Positions 54,968-64,000 of a stretch of DNA of 64,000 bases are shown piece by piece (the first letter of the stretch is position 1; every line of letters begins with the position of its first letter). Source of the stretch: Naegleria gruberi (Eukaryota); the NCBI GenBank assembly GCA_000004985.1, contig GG738854.1; one strand, given 5' to 3'. Made by a program: the position numbers and the translations under genes. The notes beneath the pieces were generated by a model. The model saw only the letters and a list, made by a program, of their open reading frames with translations. It made no database searches and was not told the origin of the DNA.

Positions 54968-55990
54968 TTAATCAGAATATGAATCCGATAGAGCAAGTTT
55001 AGGATACTTTTTAGAAAGGAGAGATTTCAATTCTTGCTCTTGCTTCTCATTCACATCGTTATTGCTAATAAACAACTTCTTCAATTGGGATAAAAGTGGC
55101 CAATCAATAATGGTTTGACATTCTTCAAAGGTTAGTCCACAGGAGTGAAGTCTCAATGTCTCTAATTTTGGTAAGGGACTATTCTTCAATAATTCTAACC
55201 CATTTTCTCCAAAGGAATTATATGCTACTGAAAGAAACTTGAGCTCTCTGAAATTTTCACTTGAGCCAATGAGTGCAATACCTTCCTCATCTATTTCATT
55301 ATTTTCCAAGTCCAAATGAGTTAATTGCTTCAGATATTTACTCTTGGCAATATGTTCAAGTCCTGTATTACCAATAGCATTGTTATACAGATCTAAAAAT
55401 GTCAAATTACTCATTATTGGACTGTTTGCCAACATTTTTACTCCTGTTTCACCAATGTCACTGTATTCCAAGGCTAAAGTTTTCAATTTCTTCAAACAAG
55501 ATCCATCTGAAACCATATTTGCAATACCCTCACTTCCAATAGTGCAATGATTCAAGTAGAGCTCTTCTAAATTGTATAAGTATTTACTCTTAGCCAACCA
55601 CTTGGTACTGCTTTCATCCATTTCACAATTTTCCATATTCAAACATGTAGTGTTGGCAATGTTTGGACATTGACAAACAATCTTCAAATTGTAAGTCTCT
55701 GTATCTTCTTCTTCATCTTCATCCTCATCCTTGTCCTCTTCTTCAGCAATAATGCACTCGCAACCTGGTAAATCGAGTGATAATCTAACATTAGCAGAAG
55801 CTTCTTTCCATTCTTTTGAAACCAACATTGCACTTTGTAAAATAAACTTGAACTTGGAAAAGGACAAGATGTTGATCAGGACATCTTTGTAAAAGATTGT
55901 CTGCTGGTAAATTGGTGAAGAATTATTCTTTCTCTTCTTTGATGGAGGTTCCAGAAGCGTATTATCGGAAGACATTTTTTTCTCTTTCAA
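54968..55990 (-). CDS. F-box-like / leucine-rich-repeat (RNI-type LRR) protein, 340 aa
   Basis: N-terminal F-box-like DVLINILSFSKFKFILQSAMLVSKEWKEA, then at least 7 LRRs of the ribonuclease-inhibitor type (LxxLxLxxNxIGxxGxxxL..), acidic linker. Confidence 0.7.
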   Translation of the reverse strand: MKEKKMSSDNTLLEPPSKKRKNNSSPIYQQTIFYKDVLINILSFSKFKFILQSAMLVSKEWKEASANVRLSLDLPGCECIIAEEEDKDEDEDEEEDTETYNLKIVCQCPNIANTTCLNMENCEMDESSTKWLAKSKYLYNLEELYLNHCTIGSEGIANMVSDGSCLKKLKTLALEYSDIGETGVKMLANSPIMSNLTFLDLYNNAIGNTGLEHIAKSKYLKQLTHLDLENNEIDEEGIALIGSSENFRELKFLSVAYNSFGENGLELLKNSPLPKLETLRLHSCGLTFEECQTIIDWPLLSQLKKLFISNNDVNEKQEQELKSLLSKKYPKLALSDSYSD

Positions 55991-56445
55991 GCTAGATATT
56001 TAAATATCTCCGCACACCATTACAATGGCCAATAAAAATATTAATAATGTAACAATACTAATAATTTATAATATTAATTAAATATTGTGGCAACGTTAAG
56101 AGAGCTGTTGAACAATAATTTCATCACCAATCCTAAAACACTTTTATAGAAAATTGGATAATTAAATTTTTCTTCACAAATTGATGGATCTAAAATTAGG
56201 CTCGTTTTTTGCTTGCAATGATTTTTGAGAAGAGTTTGAAAAAAAATATCAACAACACACTCAATATTTGTGGATTTTAATTCGCCTCTTTTATTATTGT
56301 CGTCTTTGATAATTGTTATATCATCTCATCAACGGACGATATTTGTTGGTGGATTTTATCATCATCACTATAGATTTTTTCTAATAATATATAAATATAT
56401 TTATTTAATAATTTAAAAAAGCGAGAGAAATTGATCATCTAGAAA

Positions 56446-59000
56446 ATGTTGACTACATCAAGGAGTTCATCATCACTGAGTTTACAGTCCTTTTCTAGTG
56501 GTTCAAAGTTAATGTCCTTTGAACAATTTAATGAAAAGTTTAATCAACCAAAATTACTCTATCAACATTCATCAGATGTTGTTCAAGTTTATCAATATAA
56601 TGAAACATCATCATCAACACATAGCTGTTTGGTGTTTGTACATCACGGTACACTTCTTCAAACAGGTAGATTATTTAAGAAATTAATTGATAACAACAAG
56701 TTAATGCCAAACGTAATGCCATACGATGAAGCATATAAAGACGAGGAGGAATATGACGCATCATATTATATGGTCTGTAGAGACTCTAGTGTTTTGAATG
56801 CCTATCAGTCACAACAGGTTAAAACTCTTGAGGATGTTTTCAATGATCCTACTGCCATTCACATGTTAAATGATTTTGTAGCATTGAAGAATCTGATATT
56901 GGATATTGCTAACGGCCTCAGACAATTGCACAGATCTGAATTGACTCACAATAATTTATATGCCTATACTGTTTTACTTGTTAATAACAAAAATTACGAT
57001 GGAACTGCTAGGTCACAGGCTAAGAGAGCCATACTTCAATTCCCTGGTATTGGTATTTCCTATTTATTACATATTGGATCAGATATTAATTATGCTCCAG
57101 AAGTCACTCACCACACAGAATTCTCTAAAGAAAATGATGTATTCATGTTTGGTTTGTTGGTTCTCAAAATATTGACATTCAGAGATTTGAATATTCATGC
57201 AGAAAACTTTGAATGGAAGAAGGATGTGCAAGAAAAAATAGCAGCTAGATTTGGAGCTAAAGCCTCTTCGCCCTTCATTAGATCTCTAACTGCTTTAGCT
57301 AAGGAATGTGTTCTTTCTCAATTCAGACCAACTTCGGATCATTTAGTTTCTAGAGTTAATGCTTTATCGGAAAAGGACGAAAAAGTGACACAACCAGTTA
57401 TGGATGATTACGACTATGAGGATAGCTTTGCTTCTCTTGGTGTTGGTAGCTCACATTACTTTGATTCTTCGGACGCTCCTCATTTGAATAATTATGGTGA
57501 GGAAGATTTCCAAGTACATAACTTTGATGCAGGTCCAGTCATTATTGATATGGACGAAGATGATGAAGAATCTGATACTTTAAGTGGAGAAGTATTCGAT
57601 AAAAGAAGAAAATCAAGTAGAATGGTAAGTGAAAATTTGGATTTATTAATAACTGTAATTTTTAGTCTGCCAATTTGAGTAGTATGAAGGACACATTAAA
57701 GGATAGACTCAATGAACTGAATCCGGAAGAGGAAGTAAAACTAACAGGTATTAAGAAATTATTTGCCTGTTTCTTTGGAGGTCATGAAAAGATTGACCAT
57801 GATGGAGCTAACAGAATTGATTTATATACAGCAACAGCTAACGAACAATCACAGGAGGATGCTCTCCCTGATTATTTGATTGAAGGTAAAAAGAAAAGAG
57901 AAACACTGTTTTGCGAGAAATTAATCAGAAGAGTACCTAGTGGATCAATCATTCTTGTAAAGGATGAAAAGACAAGAACCAACATGACAATGAAAAAATG
58001 TACAAAGGGAAATGAGGAATTTTATGAAAGGGAAATCAAAGCTTTGAAACAAATGGATCACCCACGTATAACCAAGTATATTGATAGCTTTGACTATACA
58101 GACGATGACCACTATACCGATCACATTTCAAAACACATAGTTCTCAAGTACTATCCAAATAGTGACTTGGAAGATTGTTTCCTTAGAAAGAAGCCAAAGT
58201 TTGTGCTGTCACCTGTTTTATTTATGAAGATAATAACTCAATCATTTGAGGCTCTAGCCTATTTGAATGAAATTTCGCGTGTTCATGGTAATATAACCCC
58301 AGCAAATATTGTATTGGATGATTCGATGAATGTTGTGTTTGTCGATTTTGCTTTCAGTTGGAGAAAGGATGAAAAGATTACGTTTGTAGTTAAAAGTAAC
58401 TACACAGCTCCAGAACAAAAGATTGGAGCTTTAGCAAATCCAATGTCTGATATTTTCAGCTTGGCTACCTCTATGCTTGAATTATTAATGGGAGAAAGAA
58501 TAGATATCAAGACTTTGAAAAATCAAAATATGACAGTAACAGATGCTCTGCGATTAATTTTGGGCAATGATAATTTTACTCACAAATTTTCAGTATTGCT
58601 CAATAACCCAAACCTCAACACTAAGAATATTGGAGAAATATTAAGAGATGCCTCTGCCTTGGATGTTCAAAACAGAAAACCAGCTGCACAGATAGCTAAG
58701 GATTGTGCCAACCTGAGAGAACAAGTAGCAGCAATAGCTATTCAAAGATATTATCGTGGTTCAAAAGTTAGAAAACAGTACAAAGACAAATTACCTAAGA
58801 AGGAGCAAAAACAAAATCTCACCAGAAGAGAGATTAGAAGAATCAAAGCAAGTCAAAGTAATTACGCAATCAGTTCCATTTCCAAAAGTAGTAGCAGTTA
58901 TGGCATTGCATTACACAACAGAACTAACTCTGCCACAATGACAGGTATCAGCAGATCAACCAGTATTGATGATTCTATTGCTCGATCACTCATGCTCTAA
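56446..59000 (+). CDS. Tandem pseudokinase protein with C-terminal IQ motif, ~837 aa, 2 exons (56446-57624, 57666-59000; 41-nt intron)
   Basis: Domain 1 has catalytic loop LTHNNLYAYTVLL and APE-like YAPEV...DVFMFGLLVLKIL. Domain 2 has VHGNITPANIVLD (HRD to HGN), DFG to VDFAFS and YTAPEQ. Both lack the catalytic Asp. IQ motif IQRYYRGSKVRKQYK near the C-terminus. ORFs join in frame via GTAAGT..TTTTAG. Confidence 0.65.
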
Positions 59001-59190
59001 ATTATCAAGCCAACCCACTACCAAACCATCCCAAATACTTCCACACTCTAAATTAAACCACCATAATGTACAAACAAATACTACTATTATATTGCAATTA
59101 TATTATTGTGACTGTCATCCAACGGTCGAGTTACAGTAAATCCATGAGCTTAATAGTGGGAGTCTTATTTCCCTCAATCACCCACAAAAA

Positions 59191-60968
59191 ATGTTTGAAT
59201 CACCTTCATTGTCTCCGCCCTCTGTTCGTTCCTCACGTTCCTCATTATCTTCTCTCTCCAGTAACTCATCTCACCAATATCATAGAACATCTTCTTCCCT
59301 ATTGAATTCTTCACCACCTTCACAGAAGGATTTTTCTCGTCCAATTTCAGCAAGTTCTGGGGTGAGTTTGTTATCGGACAAGTCTCTTGAGAGAAAAGCC
59401 AAAATCAAATCCTTCCTTGCCATGTCTAAGGCGCACAATTTGGTTGATATGGCAAAAGTGAATATCTCAACAATTACTCGTTCACAAATGAAGGAAATCA
59501 ATGAGTTTGTACCATCAATTTTCTGCCGTATCATTCAATTTAAGGATCAAGAACAGGCGAACGATAGTGATGAAACGGAAGGATCGATCGGATCAAGCTA
59601 CTCTAAAAAACTGTTAAATCAAACCTTAAATTTAGATGATGTCATTATAAGTGAAATTGAATTTCCAGAATTAAGTAAAAAGGAAAAGATGGAAGGTTCT
59701 AAGGTGATCCATTCATATCCTCCAGAGGTTTCGTTAAAAACAGTCACTTGTGGATTGGGACACTATGTATTTGTATTTAGGTAAGTAGTTAAGCTATAGA
59801 AAGTATTAAGTCAAAAAGTAATGGATCAGTTTTTGTGTTGGGAAAGAATTATCATGGAGAGATTGGACTTGGATATGAAATTGAGAGCATTCATGGGTTT
59901 AATGCAAAGAAGAATACATTCTTTGATGTTGATAAGAAGAGAGGATGTTTGGATGCATCTTGTGGAGCTTCTCATTCAATATTCTTTTGTGAAGATGGGT
60001 ATTATTATGGTTGTGGAAGGTAGGTTGTTTGTGGATTGGCAGCTGTGTTGTGAACTTTAATAGTAATCAATTTGGTCAATTGAATTCTTATTTAAAAACA
60101 TCAGGGGATTGGATTATACCTAATTCATGTCTCTATGAGCCAACCAAGTTGTTAATTGGAGGATTTAGTTCACTTGTAAGATCACTCGGAGAATATGCCA
60201 CAATTGAATATCAAAATTATCAGACACGAGTTTGTGGAGCTAATTTTAATGGAACTATTGGACCAAAATCTAGGAAGATCATTGAGGAAATGAAAGAATT
60301 AGTTGATTCAGCCATGTTGGATGAAATTCACGTACAGAAAACTATTAACATGACTCTGAGAAGGAAGGATGTTGTGTTTGTTGCAGCAACTGCCACTCAA
60401 ACTTGGTTTGCTGTTGATAGAACAGAAATGGCTGTGGATTATTGTTTGGAAATTGGTAAAATTGAGAATGGAGTTATGAAATATATTTTCACATTTGATG
60501 ATCCAGATCACATGGTTGGAATTCATTGTACAAAGTACTATCCATTAATTCATTGTTGTAAGTTTCAATAACTTTTATCCCTTGTTCTCATTTCAATTAT
60601 TTCAATATCAATTATTCCAAAAAGATGACAGAAAAAGTAAATGTGAAGGAATCATTGTTCCATTAGATGTTGCCAAGTTCTTAGAAAGTACACCATCAAG
60701 AACCATTCCAACATCCAAATGTAAACTTGTCTTTGTACCTTTCATTAGTTTCATCAACACGGATTCAGAAATTGAAAGAGTGGAAGCATCTCCATACAAT
60801 GGTCATGTATTCTTCTATGAAAGAGGAGGAAAGACAGCATGGCTATTGAATGATTCATTTGAAATTACTCGTCTCGAAGCAACAGGTCTCATTGGAGGAG
60901 AATGTTATGAAATGTCTATGCATTTAAGATCTAGTCAGGATAGAACAATTCTCTTCTTGAAGAATTAA
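59191..60968 (+). CDS. RCC1-repeat protein with Ser-rich N-terminal region, 4 exons (59191-59780, 59819-60019, 60064-60557, 60625-60968)
   Basis: Introns 38, 44 and 67 nt (GTAAGT/GTAGGT donors). The spliced product contains RCC1-type blades (..CGLGHYVFVFSNGSVFVLGKNYHGEIGLG.., ..CGASHSIFFCEDGYYYGCGSNQFGQLN..). Exon lengths sum to 1629 nt in frame. Confidence 0.65.
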
Positions 60969-61054
60969 TTGAAATTCAATACTCGGAATATTAAACATTT
61001 CAAAATTATTGTAATGTACATTAAAGCGATCTCTATTTTTAAAATACAAAAAAA

Positions 61055-62113
61055 ATGATCAACGGATTACCTGATGAGATTATTTGTGTGATTGCTTCGT
61101 TTCTTTCATTCCGAGGCTTGAATAGGCTTTCTAAAGTGAATAGAAAACTTCATGAATTGATAATGGAAGATGAGGATTCGTTGGATTGTTTGTGGGCTCC
61201 GATTGCTCAGTCAATTAATGAAAATTATTTCTGGATGTTCGGAGCTGCTTCTAATCATTGTCCTATTCAAGTAACATCGGATCAATGTAAATTAATTGAA
61301 AAAATTGATGATGTTGATGATGACGATATATTGATCAATTCTCCTCTGAAATCATCTTCAGTGCTGAAATTTAGAAAGAATATTCAAAATTTTAGAGGAA
61401 AAATGATCAAGATTACACCTAGGGCCTTGTTATCGAAATCAGCATATTTGATTGGATCAGATAATGGATTTGGTGCTGCAAAAATTGACAGATCAGTTAT
61501 AAAGACAATGGCTGACTTGGTGACTAGTAGTTCCATAACTTTGAGTTTGTGGTTCAAGATTGATGATATTTGCAATGGAGGTGTTCTTTTCGGAGTACAA
61601 AATCAAGACTTTAGTAGTGGCTCAGCTTTTGTTCCAGTTATTTATTTGACCTACTCTTTGGCCTTAAGAGCAACATTTTGGGGAGCTAGAGCTCTGGTTT
61701 ATTCTGATTTGAAATCTAATGGTAAATGGCAACACGTGGCTCTCACAAAACACAAGAATGAACAGAAGCTTTATGTTAATGGAATCATGGTAGATTCAAG
61801 CACATCTAATCAATTTACACATCACGAACATCGCTTATATTATGGTCAATTAGGAAGTGGATTATGTGACAGGTGGCCAGGAGCAGATATGAATTATAGA
61901 ACTAATTGTTACACACTTTCAGGAGGTAAAATCTCAGATGTTTGTATCCTGAATAAGGCTCTGGACGCCACAGAGTTGAAGCAATTAATGATCAATCCTC
62001 ATTCATCAAATTCAATTGCACACTTTGACTTTATTCAAGACAAAAAGGTAACAATTGTTGGTGACTGCATTAGTATTGGAACTGATTTTGAAGGATTTAT
62101 CAAAAATGAATAG
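61055..62113 (+). CDS. F-box domain + concanavalin-A-like lectin/LamG-like domain protein, 352 aa
   Basis: N-terminal F-box LPDEIICVIASFLSFRGLNRLSKVNRKLHELI. C-terminal ~200 aa with a LamG/pentraxin-like pattern (..ITLSLWFKIDD...GGVLFGVQNQ...WQHVALTKHKNEQKLYVNGIMVDS..). Confidence 0.55.
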   Translation: MINGLPDEIICVIASFLSFRGLNRLSKVNRKLHELIMEDEDSLDCLWAPIAQSINENYFWMFGAASNHCPIQVTSDQCKLIEKIDDVDDDDILINSPLKSSSVLKFRKNIQNFRGKMIKITPRALLSKSAYLIGSDNGFGAAKIDRSVIKTMADLVTSSSITLSLWFKIDDICNGGVLFGVQNQDFSSGSAFVPVIYLTYSLALRATFWGARALVYSDLKSNGKWQHVALTKHKNEQKLYVNGIMVDSSTSNQFTHHEHRLYYGQLGSGLCDRWPGADMNYRTNCYTLSGGKISDVCILNKALDATELKQLMINPHSSNSIAHFDFIQDKKVTIVGDCISIGTDFEGFIKNE

Positions 62114-62120
62114 TAATTCT

Positions 62121-63269
62121 CTACATGCCCTTGATAGTTTTCATAAATATTCTATGAGTTGGAATTAATTCTGAACAAACACATAATTCCATCTCTCTGA
62201 AAAGACTAACATTGAAAACACCTCCTCCCTCTGCATCTTGAATTTCCTTTCCAATAATAGAAACCATAGCTTTGTTGATATACCTGAATGATTGTTTTCT
62301 TTCCACTAAAAACTTTTGATAGATATGATTAGCTTGAGTTTTCATGTCAGCCTCATCTTTCATCTTATTGAAATTCATAATTTCAGCCAATAAGAAGTAG
62401 GAATCTGTTTTTTTCTCTGTAGTACATGCTTGTTTGAAAAATTTGGACATGGTTGAATCATTCATTGTATCCATTAACTGAATAACTCTTGAATTTTGTA
62501 AAGTTTCAGTTAGAGTTGATTCTCTTCTAATATTCAAAATGGTCATCACGATAACAATTGGAATTACAACAGCCAACGAAACACAAACAACTATCAAAGT
62601 ACCTGTTGATGAATTATAGACCAAATCATCTTGATCTCTGGAATCTGTCTTGACAGAATTAAACACAGTTGACTGTTGTTTGTACCATGTAGTAGTTGCG
62701 TTCTGATAAGTTCCTCCCTGATACAATTCAAAAGCTCTATCATAATTGTTCTGTTTCAGTAATATAATAATTTCTTCCATCAATGGTAATGTATACATGT
62801 CAACACCATTCTTACTTCCATTATTGAAATTTGAGAGTTTAACAACTGGATCAACATATTCAAAGAATCTATCGAGTGCATCAATCATCTGTTCTTTATA
62901 GACATACCACTTGTCAACCTCAGAGTTGTTACGAGATAGAGCTCCAACTCTAACAATATCGAGCATTAATTCATTGGTATTGAGAGCATCACCTCTTGCT
63001 ATCAATACTTTCGAGAATGAATTTTGAGTTATATTAAACATGTCAATGGTTACTCCCGCAACAATAATAAAGGCAGCAATATTAATAAATAAACTGATTA
63101 GTGACAGTAATCGCATACAATCAAGTTCTAGCACTCCACAACATAGTTTAATTTTAAAACTTAGAGAAGAAATGGTTCCTTTGCTGATCTTTGATGTTCT
63201 AGATGTTTGGGTGAAGGCAGTTGACTTGGTTTTGTTCTGAATAATTTGAGAGTTGGTTGATTTGTCCAT
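62121..63269 (-). CDS. Two-pass membrane protein with ~190-aa extracellular domain between TM helices and ~110-aa cytoplasmic tail
   Basis: TM1 LLSLISLFINIAAFIIVAGV and TM2 LIVVCVSLAVVIPIVIVMTIL, with an N-glycosylation-sequon-rich segment between them. Same topology as the N-terminal half of the receptor cyclase at 34.7-38.0 kb. No catalytic domain. Confidence 0.45.
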   Translation of the reverse strand: MDKSTNSQIIQNKTKSTAFTQTSRTSKISKGTISSLSFKIKLCCGVLELDCMRLLSLISLFINIAAFIIVAGVTIDMFNITQNSFSKVLIARGDALNTNELMLDIVRVGALSRNNSEVDKWYVYKEQMIDALDRFFEYVDPVVKLSNFNNGSKNGVDMYTLPLMEEIIILLKQNNYDRAFELYQGGTYQNATTTWYKQQSTVFNSVKTDSRDQDDLVYNSSTGTLIVVCVSLAVVIPIVIVMTILNIRRESTLTETLQNSRVIQLMDTMNDSTMSKFFKQACTTEKKTDSYFLLAEIMNFNKMKDEADMKTQANHIYQKFLVERKQSFRYINKAMVSIIGKEIQDAEGGGVFNVSLFREMELCVCSELIPTHRIFMKTIKGM

Positions 63270-64000
63270 TTTTTTTGTATGGTTTGGAAAGGGATCTCGT
63301 GCCTTTCGAATAAGATATCGTTATCGTTTGTACAACTACGAAAGGTACCTTCCATCTTTGGTTAAATCAAATTTATTTTTTGCATTTCAAATGCAATCAC
63401 AATAAATTTACAGTTGACACGATTGTATAAAAGAATGCATAAGCGCAATAATAGGGAATATCTTCTTTTCGTTTTATTGAACTTCCAAGGTCCTTGGTAA
63501 GGACATTCTTGCTTGTTAGAGTCATGACGATCACATCTGGTCTATTAAGGAAATTGATAGTTAAATAACACAGTGTGAACAGTGTTCATCTACAGTTGTT
63601 AGGTTAAAAAAACCGTAGTTTGTTAAAAGTACATATGAAGAGAGTTTCAATACTTAGATCAACTTTGATCACTCGAGAGTTTTGTTATCGATTAAAAAGC
63701 TCACCAAGAGATTTTCTAGATGGTGGTTAGGTGTTGTATTGATTATTTTGGATTCAACAGCAGCAGAATAATGCAACATTTTCTGAATATTCAAAACTCA
63801 AAGTTGAAGGTACATGTAACGTGCTGAATCTAATTGGACTATTTCACTAATGTGCGTTTGTAAAACTGTAAATTACATTCGGTTAAATTAAAACTAAAGT
63901 TTACAATTGAGTATGTTCAACATGATTCTCAAGTAACGACAAGAGTACATAAAGCTCACAATAGTTCGCCCACAATAATCCTTAAGCCTCACGATTTTGA

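Noticed and set aside
1-64000. tRNA genes, CRISPR arrays or prokaryotic operon features
   Set aside because: Scanning intergenic regions for T-loop GGTTCGA(A/T)TCC-type motifs found none in a tRNA-like context. No direct-repeat/spacer arrays are present. Introns, 5S genes, polyadenylated-gene-like spacing and eukaryote-specific proteins (Rab, VPS, ubiquitin, RPL8) exclude a prokaryotic origin.

Overview
This 64-kb window is nuclear DNA from an AT-rich (about one-third GC) unicellular eukaryote, not a prokaryote. The standard genetic code fits everywhere: ribosomal protein L8 and many other genes terminate at TAA/TAG/TGA. Gene density is very high, with about 40 protein-coding genes, two 5S rRNA genes and one 50-nt assembly gap. 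Intergenic spacers are mostly 100-900 bp. Introns are numerous and very short (35-160 nt) with GTAAGT/GTATGT/GTTTGT donors. The ORF track treats TTG/GTG/CTG as starts, so several 'M' starts are not real ATGs. Confidently recognised genes: dipeptidyl-peptidase III (3' part), RluA-type pseudouridine synthase, a 7TM-RGS receptor, RPL8/uL2, Rab23, a PH-domain protein, IMPACT/Yih1, a deoxynucleoside kinase, tRNA m1G9 methyltransferase Trm10, VPS18, VPS34 (class III PI3K), a PIP kinase, BTB(KCTD)-SPRY, BolA, a Cys/Met-metabolism PLP enzyme, a receptor-type Cache-TM-cyclase-homology protein, a DUF4116 giant repeat protein, cytochrome P450, ADF-H/cofilin, a divergent di-ubiquitin, a Frizzled-CRD-like GPI protein, a YGR210-like Obg GTPase, a formate/nitrite transporter, F-box/LRR, a tandem-pseudokinase+IQ protein, an RCC1-repeat protein and an F-box+LamG protein. 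Main points to follow up: (1) a 712-bp MITE-like transposon with ~60-85-bp TIRs and an 8-bp target-site duplication sits inside the receptor-cyclase gene; (2) the same-strand run VPS18-VPS34-PIPK looks like an endolysosomal phosphoinositide gene cluster; (3) two dispersed 5S rRNA genes bracket the cofilin gene; (4) a 5-nt microexon in the kinase P-loop and a class of 35-50-nt introns; (5) several eukaryote-unusual, bacteria/virus-flavoured domain proteins (DUF4116, pRiA4b-ORF3-like, FNT); and (6) a divergent two-copy ubiquitin. The lineage cannot be fixed from sequence alone. Rab23 (cilium-associated), expanded signalling families and short introns are compatible with a flagellated free-living protist or an early-diverging flagellated fungus; this is inference only. 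Exon coordinates were derived by hand and may be off by a few nt.
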